Origin: Octopus sinensis
Taxonomy: Eukaryota
DNA: 64,000 bases
Assembly: GCF_006345805.1 (NCBI RefSeq)
Contig: NC_043012.1
Span: 32,364,001-32,428,000 of the forward strand
Direction: 5' to 3'
In this document: positions 1-12,600 of the stretch, one piece after another
Numbering within the stretch: the stretch's first letter is position 1
Layout of the letters: each line of letters starts with the position of its first letter
The notes under the pieces: model-generated
Databases searched by the model: none
What the model was told of the DNA's origin: nothing
The model's input: only the letters and a program-made list of their open reading frames with translations
Program-made: the position numbers and the translations under genes

Positions 1-920
1 GACAACCAGAAATGATGCGGTCAATTGTCTCATTGTACTAGTTTCACATTTTGCAATCGGTGTTAGGACCTGTTTTCATTATTTTGCTTTTCATGTTTGT
101 TTTTCTCCTCTGACAGTCCTCTGCAATGGATTGGTTAACCAGAAGTTGCTCCTTACAACCATACATCCCTCTCTGGCACCCCTTTTGATCTTCTGGTAAA
201 ACATTGTTGTTTTCCAACCCAGTTATAGATGACTGATGTGTGTTTCGTAGGATGTTGATAGACATGTTATCGGCCTATAATTTTGTGGTTGTGTGGTGTC
301 TTTATTTTGGGGAATTATGGTGGTTTGTTCTTCCAGCATCCAGTTCGGTGTTGATTCTGGCTTGCTTATTAAAAAATTAAATGTTGCTGCTATGTGGGTA
401 TGGGTACTGATGAGGTGTTTCAACCAGAGGGTGGGGACCTTGTCTGTCCCTGGAGTTTTTCAGTTGCTCGTATTCCTCAGTGTGACTGTGCTCTCTTGGC
501 CTGTGACGGTGGGCCATACCTATGTTGCTATTTTGTTCCTCCTTTCTTTTCTGGTTCCCTATTTACCCACCGAGAATTTTTGCTGTGTTATTTTTTCTTT
601 TTTTTCTTCCTTATCCCTTCCCAGTAAAACTAAATTGCTGATGTTGTTGGTATGTCATCTCTTGATATGGTATATTGTTTAACTTTATGTAAAGTCTTCT
701 CATGTTTATTTTAAATTCTCTATTTTCTTGGAAGAAGCGTTTCCCATTTTTCATACTGCTGTATGAGGCAATTTTTTGCTGCTATGTCCTGCTTAATTTT
801 TTTCTTTTACCTCTCAGGTATCTTCTTTATTTTTTATGTTGTATTGTTTTGTCATATGGACATTTTTATTTTTCATATTCGATCCCACTTTCTCTAGTTC
901 ACAAAGAAGTGATATTATTA
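1..920 (-). mobile_element. Degenerate non-LTR retrotransposon (R4/Dong-like, RLE type) RT N-terminal region
   Basis: Broken-frame peptides N*KTPGTDKV..LWLKHL, PNWMLE...QPQNYRPITCLST, LPEDQKGCQRGMYGCKEQLL. Confidence 0.8.
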
Positions 921-1289
921 TAATTGTTGTTGTTGTTGTTGTTAACTGGCAGAATCATTAGCACACTGGATGAAATGCTTAATGGTATTTTGCCCGTTGC
1001 TATGTTCTGTGTTCAAATTCCACCAAGGTCAACTTTGCTTTTCATCCTGTCAATAAAATAAGTACCAGCTGAGTACTGGGGTTGATGTGATTGATTTACC
1101 TCCCACCCTGGAAATTTCAGGCTTTGTGCCTATAATAGAAAGGATTATTATTATTATTATTTACCTTTCATCCCTTAGGGATTGATATAATAAGTACCAG
1201 TTGAACACTGGGGTCAATGTTATCAACTCATCACCTCTCCCAAAGTTGCTGCCCTTGTGGCAAAATTTGAAATCATCATCATCATCATT

Positions 1290-1605
1290 ATGATGGAACT
1301 TCTCCACTGCGGCTCAAGGATTGAGACGTGCAGTTTTGATGAGGCTGGTTGCAGGAAGCTGTCGGAGTCTATCCGCCTTTGTCACACCTGCCTGCCAGGC
1401 GTTGCCCTCTTCCACCGGAGTCAATCCTTGCTCCGCCGTTGGGGGTCTTGATGTTGGTGTTTGGTCGTATTTAGTCTGAGACCTCATCTTCAACCTTGCC
1501 GCCATGGATGGCCCTACCAGGAGTCTAAGACTCCAGGCGCCATCGCTCTCGGAATCATTGGAACACACAAGATCTTCCACCACGGCAAGAGACAACCATC
1601 GGAAG
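1290..1605 (-). mobile_element. Probable non-autonomous RTE-related element with (GAT)n tail
   Basis: Minus-strand 5' part GCCGTGGTGGAAGATCTTGTGTGTTCCAATGATTCCGAGAGC...CTCCTGGTAGGGCCATCCATGGC resembles RTE 5' UTRs as I recall them; GC-rich against the background. Confidence 0.5.
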
Positions 1606-2737
1606 AGATATTGCATGTACATTATAGTGATTAAGCTATTTCTTAAAACCATATCCAGAGTTGCTCCCCTTGCTCATTTAAAAAAAATGTTATTCATTGA
1701 CTATTGTTTTTTTTATTTTCTACATAATTATTTTGAGTTATATTTAATACTCCCTTACTTTCAAAATGTTAACACTAACTAAATTATATTATCGGATTAG
1801 TCTACTAAATATTTCATAATTTATTGGGAATTTTTAGATCCAGGAGAACATAATTATTTACATTAGAGATTTTATTTTCCCAGGCAAGGCAGTAGAAAAC
1901 ATTCCCATTAGACTGTCACAATTTTTGACCATTATATTTGACATTTAGGTTATCTCATTTCAGTTATCAACCTGTTTAGTGATAAAAAGATTTTTTTTTT
2001 TATTTTTCAGCTTATAATCGGCAGAAAAAAATTGATCTTTTTATCATCAGTATCATAAGAATTTCTATTAAATCAACATTTATAATAAGTCGACAGAATT
2101 GAATGATATTTTAAATAGATATCTATTAACTGTTGCTGAAATTTTCAAATACTTCTTTTATTTGATAAAACGAAAGAATCCACTGTTATTATTAGAGGGA
2201 CACACAAACAAACAAGTTCGACTAACTGTTGCACTCAAATGTTTTGTTGGTTTTGGTGTTGTCTTACATCAGCCAGTCATTATATGCAAGATCATGTTAA
2301 AGCAATGATAAACACACAACAAAAGTTCAAGCGTGATTCAGGAAATATAATTGTTGTAAAATTTAACATTGCCTATATTGGAATCTATACAATATACAGC
2401 CTTTTATAACTATCTTAGCTGGAGGGAAATCTATTGTAACTACTTTGAGAATATTCTCTGCTATTGGCCTTCTGACCTCGTTTTCTTCTTTCCTTTTCTT
2501 TTCTTTTCTTTTCTTCTATTTAAATAAAAGCTACTGACAGATTTCCAAGCAGTTTTAAATCTCTGCAACCTAGGCCATTTATTGTATGTATTCTGTTTTT
2601 TCTATTATTTTCTTTTTCTTTTCTTTTTCCCTGCACTTTAGTTGCTACAATACAACAGAGGTATTTAGATATAAATAAACATATAAAGAAATGTTTGATT
2701 CACAGCTGGGTGTTAAGATATGTATCGGTAGCAACTG

Positions 2738-2799
2738 AATCATTTCTGGATATACTGAAAGCAATTTGCAAATTGCTTTCAGTATATCCAGAAATGATT
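2738..2799. repeat. Perfect 62-bp palindrome without spacer
   Basis: aatcatttctggatatactgaaagcaatttg|caaattgctttcagtatatccagaaatgatt. Confidence 0.95.
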
Positions 2800-3969
2800 G
2801 CTAAACTTACTACAGATTTTATTCAATTATTACATAATTACACAACTGCAATGAGTTGGGGGGAAAAAACCCATAAAAGCCTGTATTATGGATGACAGCT
2901 TGTTTCTATTTGAAGTCTCTTGTCCAGTCCTTGGTAGTTTACCACTAAATGTGTGCAAGGAGGGGGTCCAAAGTTTGTGCAAAAAGTTTTGTGTGTGTGT
3001 GTGTAAAAGCTAAGTCTTAGCAAAATTGTTTTGTTGCTGACAGAAGGAAACAGGCTAAATGTGACAAAAGGAACTGTTTGAAAGTAACAGAAGGAATTGA
3101 CTGGTTTTTTTATCATTTTATCATTTTTTTTTATAGGTATTGCAAAAAGATACCTGTGTTAAAGCCAAACTAGGTCACTGAAATTAAACTGAAAGGGGCT
3201 TGTATCTAGATTCTCCATAGCTTCACCTAGGATGATGACAAATTCAACATGTTAAAAAATGGATTTAAGTGCTCAATTAGGGAACAATGGAAATGAACAT
3301 GAAAACTCAGGTTGCAATCCTTGGTCACAAATCATCATCATCATCATCATCATCGTTTAACGTCCGTTTTCCATGCTAGCATGGGTTGGACGATTTGACT
3401 GAGGTCTGGCGAACCAGATGGCTGCACCAGGCTCCAATCTGATCTGGCAGAGTTTCTACAGCTGGATGCCCTTCCTAATGCCAACCACTCCAAGAGTGTA
3501 GTGGGTACTTTTATGTGCAATTGGCACGAGGGCCAGTCAGGCAGTACTGGCAATGGCCACGCTCAAATGGTGCTTTTTATGTGCCACCTGCACAGGAGCC
3601 AGTCTAGCACATTACCTTTTTAATATTATAACATGCCTTGTTATTATCATTATTGCTGTTGGTGTTACTATAGCAAGAAGGCCACTACTAACACTATGCC
3701 TTTCTCAAATTCAATAAAATTCATAGGACTATCGGATTTACAGGGAGAACAATTGAGAGAATCCAGAGACTTCATGTAAAAAGATGTGAAAGTTGCATCA
3801 GTCCTATTCCTGATGCAAGGACACAGAGAAAGGCTAACTGGTGCCCTGATGGAAAAGTGACTGAAGGCAGTGTGGAATGAGAAATCCATTGTCAATTACG
3901 TAAGGTTCCTTGCTGATGGTGAGGCAACCATCCTAGTCAGGTATAAGGAGTTCATCTTCATTTCCTAGT

Positions 3970-4354
3970 GGGAAGCACTTCGTCGGTTACGACAACGAGG
4001 GTTCTGGTTGATCCGAATCAACGGAACAGCCTGCTCGTGAAATTAACGTGTAAGTGGCTGAGCACTCCACAGACACGTGTACCCTTAACGTAGTTCTCGG
4101 GGATATTCAGCGTGTCACAGAGAGTAACAAGGCCGGCCCTTTGAAATACAGGTACAACAGAAACAGGAAGTAAGAATGAGAGAAAGTTGTGGTGAAAGAG
4201 TACAGCAGGGATCACCACCATCCCCTGCCGGAGCCTCATGGAGCTTTAGGTGTTTTCACTCAATAAACACTCACAACGCCCGGTCTGGGAATCGAAACCG
4301 CGATCCTATGACCGCGAGTCCGCTGCCCTAACCACTGGGCCATTGCGCCTCCAC
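3970..4354 (-). mobile_element. tRNA-derived SINE (head GTGGAGGCGCAATGGCCCAGTGG), tail type 1, 10-bp TSD ATTTCCTAGT
   Basis: A box TGGCCCAGTGG, B box GGTTTCGATTCC; TSD at 3960-3969 and 4356-4365; similar copy at 19592-19957. Confidence 0.85.
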
Positions 4355-5353
4355 TATTTCCTAGTACATGAGTTTATGAGTGGTGGTGGTGGTGGTAGAT
4401 GTGCTGCTAGAAATAACCATGGTGGGCTGAGTAGCAATTTTTAGCCAAGAAACAGGATAACTTGGATGAATACAAATTGGCGAGTCAACTGGTAAGAGAT
4501 GGAGCTGCTGATTCAAATGAAAACAAAAAGAACCAAAAAGCTTCTCTGATGTAATTGAGCTGCCAAATAATACATAGTTGTTTGTAATGGTGGAAAAGAG
4601 AAGAGCCAGTGGAAGTTGGGTCTTCTCTCTGTTGTCAACCACCTACAGGTTTTTTGGTCATAGCTGAGGGACACCATGCTGCTGCCAGCCCCATATCACC
4701 ATAGCAACAACACCCAACTTCCTACGCAACCGCTAAGCCTGGATGCGCATTCATCCATCCGTCGATGCTCTCGGTGTCAGTGGTTGACCTGCTTTCTCTT
4801 CTGCCGGTCTTACGAATAGCAAAGGACCACATTTCGGACTTCTCCCACTACAGAGGCGCGATCTTACGAGCTCTGGGACGAAGACCGCTACGCAGCAGCA
4901 TAGCAACAACAATAAAAACACTAATATTTGCAGTAGCAGCAACAGTGATCACATAAGCAGTAAGAGTCACCGCAACCAAGTCTTCCAACCATGCCCCACT
5001 CACCTTTGGCAGCTGGTTTCAGTCCAATTTTCAGAGACTAGGTGATTTAATAAAGTGTGACATCTCTTTGGTGGCCAAACAAAATGGCCACCTGTTGAAA
5101 CCATTTTGAATCACACACTCAGACTGCTTGTCTGTCATGTCTTGCCCCGTTCTCATCTGACCAGACTGGAGCATCTGCCTTTTCACTTCTTACAAGAGGG
5201 ATGTGTTTCACTTGCAAGGCATTCCATCAGCTGCCAACATTTTCTGTGCAGTGGCTTCACAGAGCAATCTATATAGAGGATGTTTGTAGCTGATAAGAGA
5301 TCAACAGTGGAACAAATGCAAGCACAGTCACCACATGGTAAGATAAAGGAAAG

Positions 5354-5579
5354 GTGGTGAGCTGGCAGAAACATTAGTTCGCCGGGCAAAATGCGTAGCC
5401 ATATTTCGTCTGCCATCATTTTCTGAGTTCAAATTCCGCCAAGGTCAACTTTGCCTTTCATCCTTTCAGGGTCGATCAAATAAGTACCAGTTACACACTG
5501 GGGTCGATATAATCAACTTAATCCGTTTGTCCTTGTTTGTCTTCTCTGTGTTTAGCGCCTTGTGGGTAGTAAAGAAATA
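5354..5579 (+). mobile_element. tRNA-derived SINE with Deu/Nin-like domain, 17-bp TSD GGTAAGATAAAGGAAAG
   Basis: B box GAGTTCAAATTCC; CTTTCATCCTTTCAGGGTCGATCAAATAAGTACCAG domain; TSD at 5337-5353 and 5580-5596. Further copies near 945-1135, 5683-5900, 8000-8200, 17985-18170, 33255-33710, 53205-53432. Confidence 0.8.
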
Positions 5580-6739
5580 GGTAAGATAAAGGAAAGCCTA
5601 TTATTATTTTGTGAAGGAACTTTTTCCATGTTGCTTGACAGAAGTGAAAGAAATAAAACCCGACACTAATATTAACACCAAGTAAGGCAGTGAGCTGGAA
5701 GAATTGTTAGCATGCTGGACAAAATGCTTAGTGGCATTTTGTCCATCTTGACATTCTGAATTCAAATTCTGCAGAGGTCAACTTTACCTTTCATCCCCTT
5801 GGGGTCAATAAAATAAGTACCAGTTGAGTACTGGAGTCAAGGTAATCGACTTAACTCCTCCTCTGAAACTGCTGGTCTTGTGCCAAAATTTGAAATCAAT
5901 ATTAGCTCCAAGTATAAGAAGGAAAGAATTATTGACTGGCTTCTGTGCCGGTGGCAGATGACCTGCTGTGCTTGAGGAGACCTATTGAGTCAAGTACATC
6001 AACATCAAAATAAATATCAAATGGAAATTGTAGTTGTGATACCTGTGCCGGTGGTACTTAAAAAGCACCATTCGAACATGGTCGAGGCCAGCGCTGCCTT
6101 GACTGGCTTCTGTGCCAGGGGCACGTAAAAAGCACAAACCGATCGTGGCCACTGCCAGCCTCCCCTGGCACCTATGCCGGTGGCACATAAAAAGCACCCA
6201 CTACACTCATGGAGTGGTTGGTGTTAGGAAGGGCATCCAGCTGTAGAAACACTGCCAGATCAGACTGGAGCCTGGCTTCTCAGACCCCAGTCGAACCGTC
6301 CAACCCGTGCTAGCACGGAAAACGAACGTTGAATGATGATGATGATGAAATCAAAATTGTACAGATAATCAGTGGTAATCCAGATTATGATAATGAAAAA
6401 TCTCAAAATCTTCCAGAACAGTCGACTGTTTGTCTATTTTACCAGGCATAAATCATCATCATCATCATCATCGACATTTAATGTCCATTTTCCATGCTGA
6501 TACAGGTTGGTCAAGAGCCACCAAGGCCAGGAGCTGCACGAGTTTCCATTGTCTGTTCTGGCTTGATTTCTACAGTTGGATGCCCTTCCTAATGCCAATC
6601 ACTTTAGAGTGTACCGGTTGCATTTTACATGGCACTAGCACCAACACCAATGCTTCTCATGTGACACCTTGGTTGTCCCAAGAAGGAAGGTATGCACAGG
6701 GACACATCACAAGTAGAGTTATGTGTCCCTGTGCATACC

Positions 6740-7249
6740 TTCCTTCTTGGGACACATAACTCTACTTGTGAAGACCTGTTGAGGCAAGTGAAAATCAAAA
6801 AAAAATCAAAAAATCAAATCAAAATCGAAATCAATCAACATCAATGGAATTTGTAGTTATGGTACCAGTGCCGGTGGCACATAAGAGAACCATCCAAACG
6901 TGGCCGTAGCCAGTACCGCATTGACTGGCCTCCGTGCTGGTGGCACATAACAAACACCATCCGATCGTGGCCGTTGCCAGCCTCGCCTGGACTCCGTGCC
7001 GGTGGCACGTAAAAAGCACCATCCGAGCATGGCCGTTTGCCAGCCTTGTCTGGCACTTGTGTCGGTGGCACATAAAAAGCACCCACTACACTCACGGAGT
7101 GGTTGGCGTTAGGAAGGGCATCCAGCTGTAGAAACACTGTCAGATCTGACTGGCCTGGTGCAGCCTTCGGGCTTCCCAGACCCCAGTTAAACCGTCCAAC
7201 CCATGCTAGCATGGAAAGCGGATGTTAAACGATGATGATGATGATGATG
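6740..7249 (+). mobile_element. Abundant (GAT)n-tailed retroposon with internal ~45-bp minisatellite
   Basis: Repeated gtgccggtggcac(g/a)taaaaagcacc units, gttaggaagggcatccagctgtagaaac core, (GAT)n tail. Many other copies: 3331-3610, 5935-6347, 9812-10284, 17505-17674, 20688-20826, 23193-23590, 28785-29017, 29703-30170, 32390-32657, 35490-36007, 52258-52586, 57945-58106, 62546-62945. Confidence 0.85.
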
Positions 7250-7411
7250 AATTCTGTTGTGGTGGGCAGGTCTTCTTTAGTATAATTTGCACCACCATAT
7301 CTTGGTCGTCAGTCATGTCCTTCATAAGGGCCAGCATTTTGAAATTGGCCTTCAATGCTTCATCCCATGTCTTCCTGGGTCCCCTTCTTCCGCAACTTCC
7401 CTCCATTTTAA

Positions 7412-7633
7412 CCCTTTAGTATTCAGATTATTTTGTCAAGTGTAATGCTTATATATTTATGTTGATTTAAATAACTCATGCATTATCTTGTAGCTTAGAG
7501 ATTTTGATGATTGTTATTGTTTATTTTTAGCATGGCATTGTAGGATTAGTGTAAGAGGCTGGATCCTGTCAGTTTGAATGTAAGACAAGTAGAATATTTT
7601 GGGCCAGATATGGCCGGTTTAAATGCCAAAGGG
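7412..7633. mobile_element. piggyBac-type MITE (family 1) in TTAA
   Basis: TTAA|CCCTTTAG...CAAAGGG|TTAA; related copies at 25905-26093 and 61576-61797. Confidence 0.8.
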
Positions 7634-8734
7634 TTAAGTGATCAGCACTTCTTTATGCAACTGTCCTCATCCATCTGCATCACATGACCATAAATTTGTA
7701 GAGTATTTGTCTGAGAATGGTTTTAATTTAAATGATGACTGTTTGCATAATTACACATTAAGAATAAAAAATTTAAACAACTAAATTTAAAATTTTCAGG
7801 AATTGGAATTGTATAATAATAATAATAATAATAATAATAATGCTTTCATTATCGAAAAAACATTACTCTCATTATTCCATTTGAGTATAATGGCAAAATT
7901 GTCAGAGAATGAGACAAAATATCTTATGGTATTTCTTCTGAGGCAAAGTCGACCTCGGCAGAATTTGAACTCACAACATAGCAGCAGACGAAATACGGCT
8001 GGGCGAAATGCTTAGCCATATTTCATCTGCCGCTACATTCTGAGTTCAAATTCCGCAGAGGTCGACTTTGCTTTTCATCCTTTTGGGGTTGATTAAATAA
8101 GTACCAGTTACACACTGGAGTCGACATAATCAACTTAATCCATTTGTCTGTCCTCTCTGTGTTTAGCCCCTTGTGGGTAGTAAAGAAATAGGTATTTCCT
8201 CTGAGTCTAAATCCCACTGAGATCAACTTTACTGGTCATTCTTCCAGGCTGATAAAATAAAGAACTGGTTGAGTACGAGGGCTGTGGAAATTGACTATAT
8301 TTTTGCCCTCAAATTTGAAACATTGTATGTGTGTATTAGAAACAATATTTTTGCTCGGATATTCTACATCTTCTTAGCCAAGCTCATACTGATTCTCCTA
8401 CGACTTCTATCAGCAACGCAGTAGTTAGGCCATCGGTATCACTTCTAGTATCATCATAGAAAATATTTTCTTTGCCCGACTCACTGCATCATAAGAAACA
8501 CACAGTTTTAGATGCAACAGTGGAAACTTTTAGATTTTTTATTTATCTATTTTCCTTTTTATTGTGTCCGAGAAAAGTCATTCTATTTTAGTGCCTTATT
8601 ATTTAATACACTCACCGGTAAAGTTTCCACCCACTTACTTATTTATTTTTACTAAAATTTACGTTGCGTCTTGCAACCTTTTCAATAGTCAGTGATTCTG
8701 TCCATTACCGGAACTGCGTTCTTTTTGTTTGTTT

Positions 8735-9005
8735 GTACACATGCATGTACATACATGTGTATGTGTGTGTATGCACATATGTATGAATGTGCACACGTTT
8801 GTATGTATGTATGTACTCTGCATGTATATGTGTATGCGTATATATATGTATGCATGCACATTTGTATGTATGTATGTATTCTGCATATCCATGTACTTGT
8901 GTGTTTGCGTTTGTATTTATGTTTGTGTTTGTATGTGTGTGCATGTGTATTTATTTGTGTGTGTACCTCTGTCTCCTTGTGTGTGTCTTTATCGATTTGT
9001 GTGAC
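8735..9005. repeat. Degenerate (GTAT)/(GT) microsatellite region
   Basis: Low-complexity G/T/A repeats; source of the spurious overlapping ORFs at 8689-9080. Confidence 0.85.
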
Positions 9006-9227
9006 TATATAAACTGTGGGTATTTGGGTATGACACCTTCTATGTATATCTCCTATTCAGTACTGGGGATGTTTCATTAATGGGGACATACTCTTGTACT
9101 TGTCTGAGTGTTGGGTCCTTCAGGTGTTTGGATAAAATGCGTATGTCAAGTTGACCCCAGTGTGCCTCCATGTTGGTAGAGTATACATCTGTCCTTGTTC
9201 TTTACTTTTTCTAATGTCCAGGTTATA

Positions 9228-9638
9228 TCTCTATATATATAAACGGCAAAATGTCTGTCAGTGTGCGTTGCCTTTATACAAATCCACAATTTTTCAGTTA
9301 GAGGGCTCGCACTTTCTATGGTCATTCAAAACCGTCCAAGGGTGGTCGTGCACATCTTTACATTTCCCTAGTCACCCCGCAAAGCCATTAAAAAATCAAT
9401 AGGAGTGACATTTTGTGAATTTTCTATCCAAAACCCAATGAAAATACCCGAAACTTGATACGCCAATTGAATGCCAGCTAGCTGTATGTGATTGTTCAGC
9501 GATTTGGACAGTACTCGTGTGTATGTGCGCACGCATTTTGATTGGGTTTAGAATAGAAAATTCACAAAAAAGTCACTTCTATTGATTTTTTAATGGCTTT
9601 GCGGGGTGACTGGGGAGATGTAAAGAGGTGCACGACCA
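9228..9638 (+). mobile_element. Same Helitron-like family, 3' end replaced by an inverted internal segment
   Basis: A|TCTCTATATATATAAACGG start; body matches 25408-25737; 9535-9638 is the reverse complement of 9343-9445. Confidence 0.7.
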
Positions 9639-12600
9639 TCTCACTGATGTAAGGGGATTTACTCTCAGTTTGAAGAGACACACAAGGTTGAAACACTGCA
9701 GTGTCTCAAAGTCCCTTTACACCAATGAACTACACATGTTATGTACATTGGGAGATGTTTTCTGATAAGAAACAACAGTAATCAGATTTTTACATTGGAA
9801 TCTGTCAGAACATCATCATCATCATTTAACGTCCACTTTCCATGCTAGCATGGGTTGGACGATTTTGACTGAGGGCTGGCGAACCAAACTCCAGTCTGAT
9901 CTGGCAGTGTTTCTACAGCTGGATGCCCTTCCTAACGCCAACCACTCCGAGAGTGTAGTGGGTGCTTTTACATGCCACTGGCATGAGGGCTAGTTTGGTG
10001 GAACTGGCAACGGCCACACCCAAATAGTGCTTTTTATGTGCCACCTGCAACAGGAGCCAGTCCAGCGGCACTGGCGACAACCTCGCTTGAATGTTTCATG
10101 TGCCACCAGCACAAGTGCTTGTAAGGTGACACGGTAATGATCACGCTCAAATGGTGTGCTTAACGTGCCATCGGCACGAAGGCCAGCTTGTTGCTCTGGC
10201 AACGATCTCACTCGTATGGTACTCTTAGCGCTCCACTAGCAACGGATGCCAGTCACTGAGTTTGACTTCGACTTTGATTTCAATCATATTGAGAATTAAT
10301 AGATATTGTTTGGATTCTTGCAGTTCTGCATGCACCTCTTGAATGATCAATTTGACAGACATCAGCAAATAATTTGTTTGTTAATTTATTTAAACCAGAA
10401 CCTGTATTCTTGTTAGATTCACCAGAGTGGGATACTTTTGACTGAGGAGACACAATAAGGTTGAAATGCCACTGTGTTTCAAAGTCCCCTAACACTGGTG
10501 AATCATGTGTTATAAACTCACATCATCTAAAGAGAAGATATATTGTCTGATGGTGAAAAACAACAGTGATCAAATATTCATGTTCAAATTTGCCAGAATG
10601 TATTGAGAATGAATAGATAATATTACTGAAATATACCTTACTCAGTGCAAATTGGAATGCTTGTGTCAGAATTTGAACTCATGACCTTTGTGTAATTAAT
10701 TATTGTACCTTATATATATATATATCAATAAATTTCAAAATTACATTCAACAAGATAAAAAAATAACACAAAAATTGTAGTTTTTCATATAAAAATTTTT
10801 ATTTGTGTTTGAAAACCACCCAGAACCATGAATGTAGTTTTAGTCAAAGCATTTAAAAACATTTTAGAACAAGTTTTATTGAAAACTTCTTGTGACAATC
10901 CAATAAGAAAAAAAAACTGACGAAAGCACAGCATAAGATAAAATATAAATAAGAGGTTGGCAAGAGGATTAATGTTTAATTCAACTAAACAAAATATATG
11001 ATAGACAATAAATATTTTTTCAAATGTTAGAAAGTGAATCTGAGGAGAAACCTAGCCAACTTACATTACATGTTCCTCACAACTCTGGACAAATTGAAAC
11101 CTCAAAACTGTTATGGCGATAGACATAACAGATTCTTTAAAAATTAAATTCAGCATTATAAATTATTCTGCCGTAATTTGATATGTCAGGCTTCTATGGT
11201 TGGAAGACATTGAAAGACATTTTAAGGGATAGTTTTGTTCATTATGAACTGTCAATATAAAACAAATAAGTTAATGTTAGTGTATAATTAAAGTAGTTAT
11301 GAGGTGTTTGTAGAGAAGTAAATGTAACAAGCTGGGGTCAAGACACTGTGTCATAGATGTAAGAGAGAAGTCTAAACTAGACACAAGGTTTTACATTTGG
11401 GAGAAGGGAAAGGTTAAGTTAGTTATTTTGACCTCAAAATGCTTCCTGAAGTTCATTTTATCAACCCCAAAATGATGAAAGGCCATTTGAAATCAGAATG
11501 TGATAAGGCAGAACTAAATACCACACAATATTTTATCTGTTGTTTTACTGATTCTGCTAAGTCACAGTCTAAGCATATTAAAACTTGTCTAACCAGTTAT
11601 GCTGCTTGGCTTTTCATTTTAATGCATTTAGAAAAACAATATAAATGCTTTGTTAAAAACAAAAATTATATTGAAGAATGAGTACTGAAGCCCTTATATA
11701 CTTTTTATTTGGATAGGCTTTATATTATAGCACAATATCTTTTTTCAAAATGGAAACTATATATTTCAACTGGTTGTTGTCCCTTGTCCTAACAATCTAT
11801 TTTTGTGTCTCTAATTTGGGAGAGTATTATATTACAGCAGATGTTGGTAGCATGTTTTCGTTTTATATCTTGTTATAGATATTGTGCTGTTATAATATGT
11901 TATCTAATATGCCTCTGTTGATGTAGTTTACAGGACTTGTTGATATCAAATTTTTGTAGCACATCAATATCACATTGCTATTACATTTGTTGATGTTACA
12001 GTCACTACACATGTTGATATCACGTTGTAATAACTTCTACAGCCTTTGTTGACATAAAAAATATCAAGTCACTATAGCACAATATGTATCAATATCAACA
12101 TTGTTATGTGTTGATATTGCATTGTTGTGCACACACTGATTTCATATCGTTATAAACATGTGTCAGTATCATACTGCTGCTGCTATAGTACACCTGTATC
12201 ACATTTTGACAAAACACTAAATAGTAACCCATCAACTTCTAAAAGTTTCACCGTTTCCTAGCATAACAAATTTGACAAGTTGTGGTGCACCTGAGCACTG
12301 TATACTATAATTTCATTATTATTATTATTATACCCTTCCATGCACATGCACACATGTATGTCATGACTCATACACTGTTCACTTTCCTAACTTTTCGACA
12401 TAATTCTATGCACCTTTGATGAGTTGTAGTGCACCACCCAGTGTTTGGTTGTACACATGCATGTGCATACATGTGTATGTGTGTGTATGCACATGTATGA
12501 ATGTGCACACGCTTGTATGTATGTATGTACTCTATACACAATTTCATTATTCTCATAACAAATTTGAAAGAGAAACATCTTTTCCTTTTCTGACCACGTT

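Noticed and set aside
1990-3200. Plus-strand acceptor-like sites at 2010 and 3136 suggesting a convergent gene
   Set aside because: Downstream frames close quickly and show no recognisable protein similarity.
6620-6777. Alternative HMGCR terminal exon that would restore HNR-S (acceptor ...cctcaacAG|G TCT TCA, giving RSSQVELC...)
   Set aside because: It lies inside an abundant retroposon and the template-switch scar, 8.4 kb from exon 20, and a stronger unique acceptor at 13758 comes first.
8655-8692. Hammerhead-like string on the minus strand (TTGAAAA-GGTTGC-aagac-GCAAC-GTAAA)
   Set aside because: Several core positions are wrong; at most a dead remnant.
8689-9080. Stack of overlapping ORFs (also 12368-12622, 19790-20097, 46591-46909, 47981-48239)
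   Set aside because: Products of microsatellites and SINEs; low-complexity translations.
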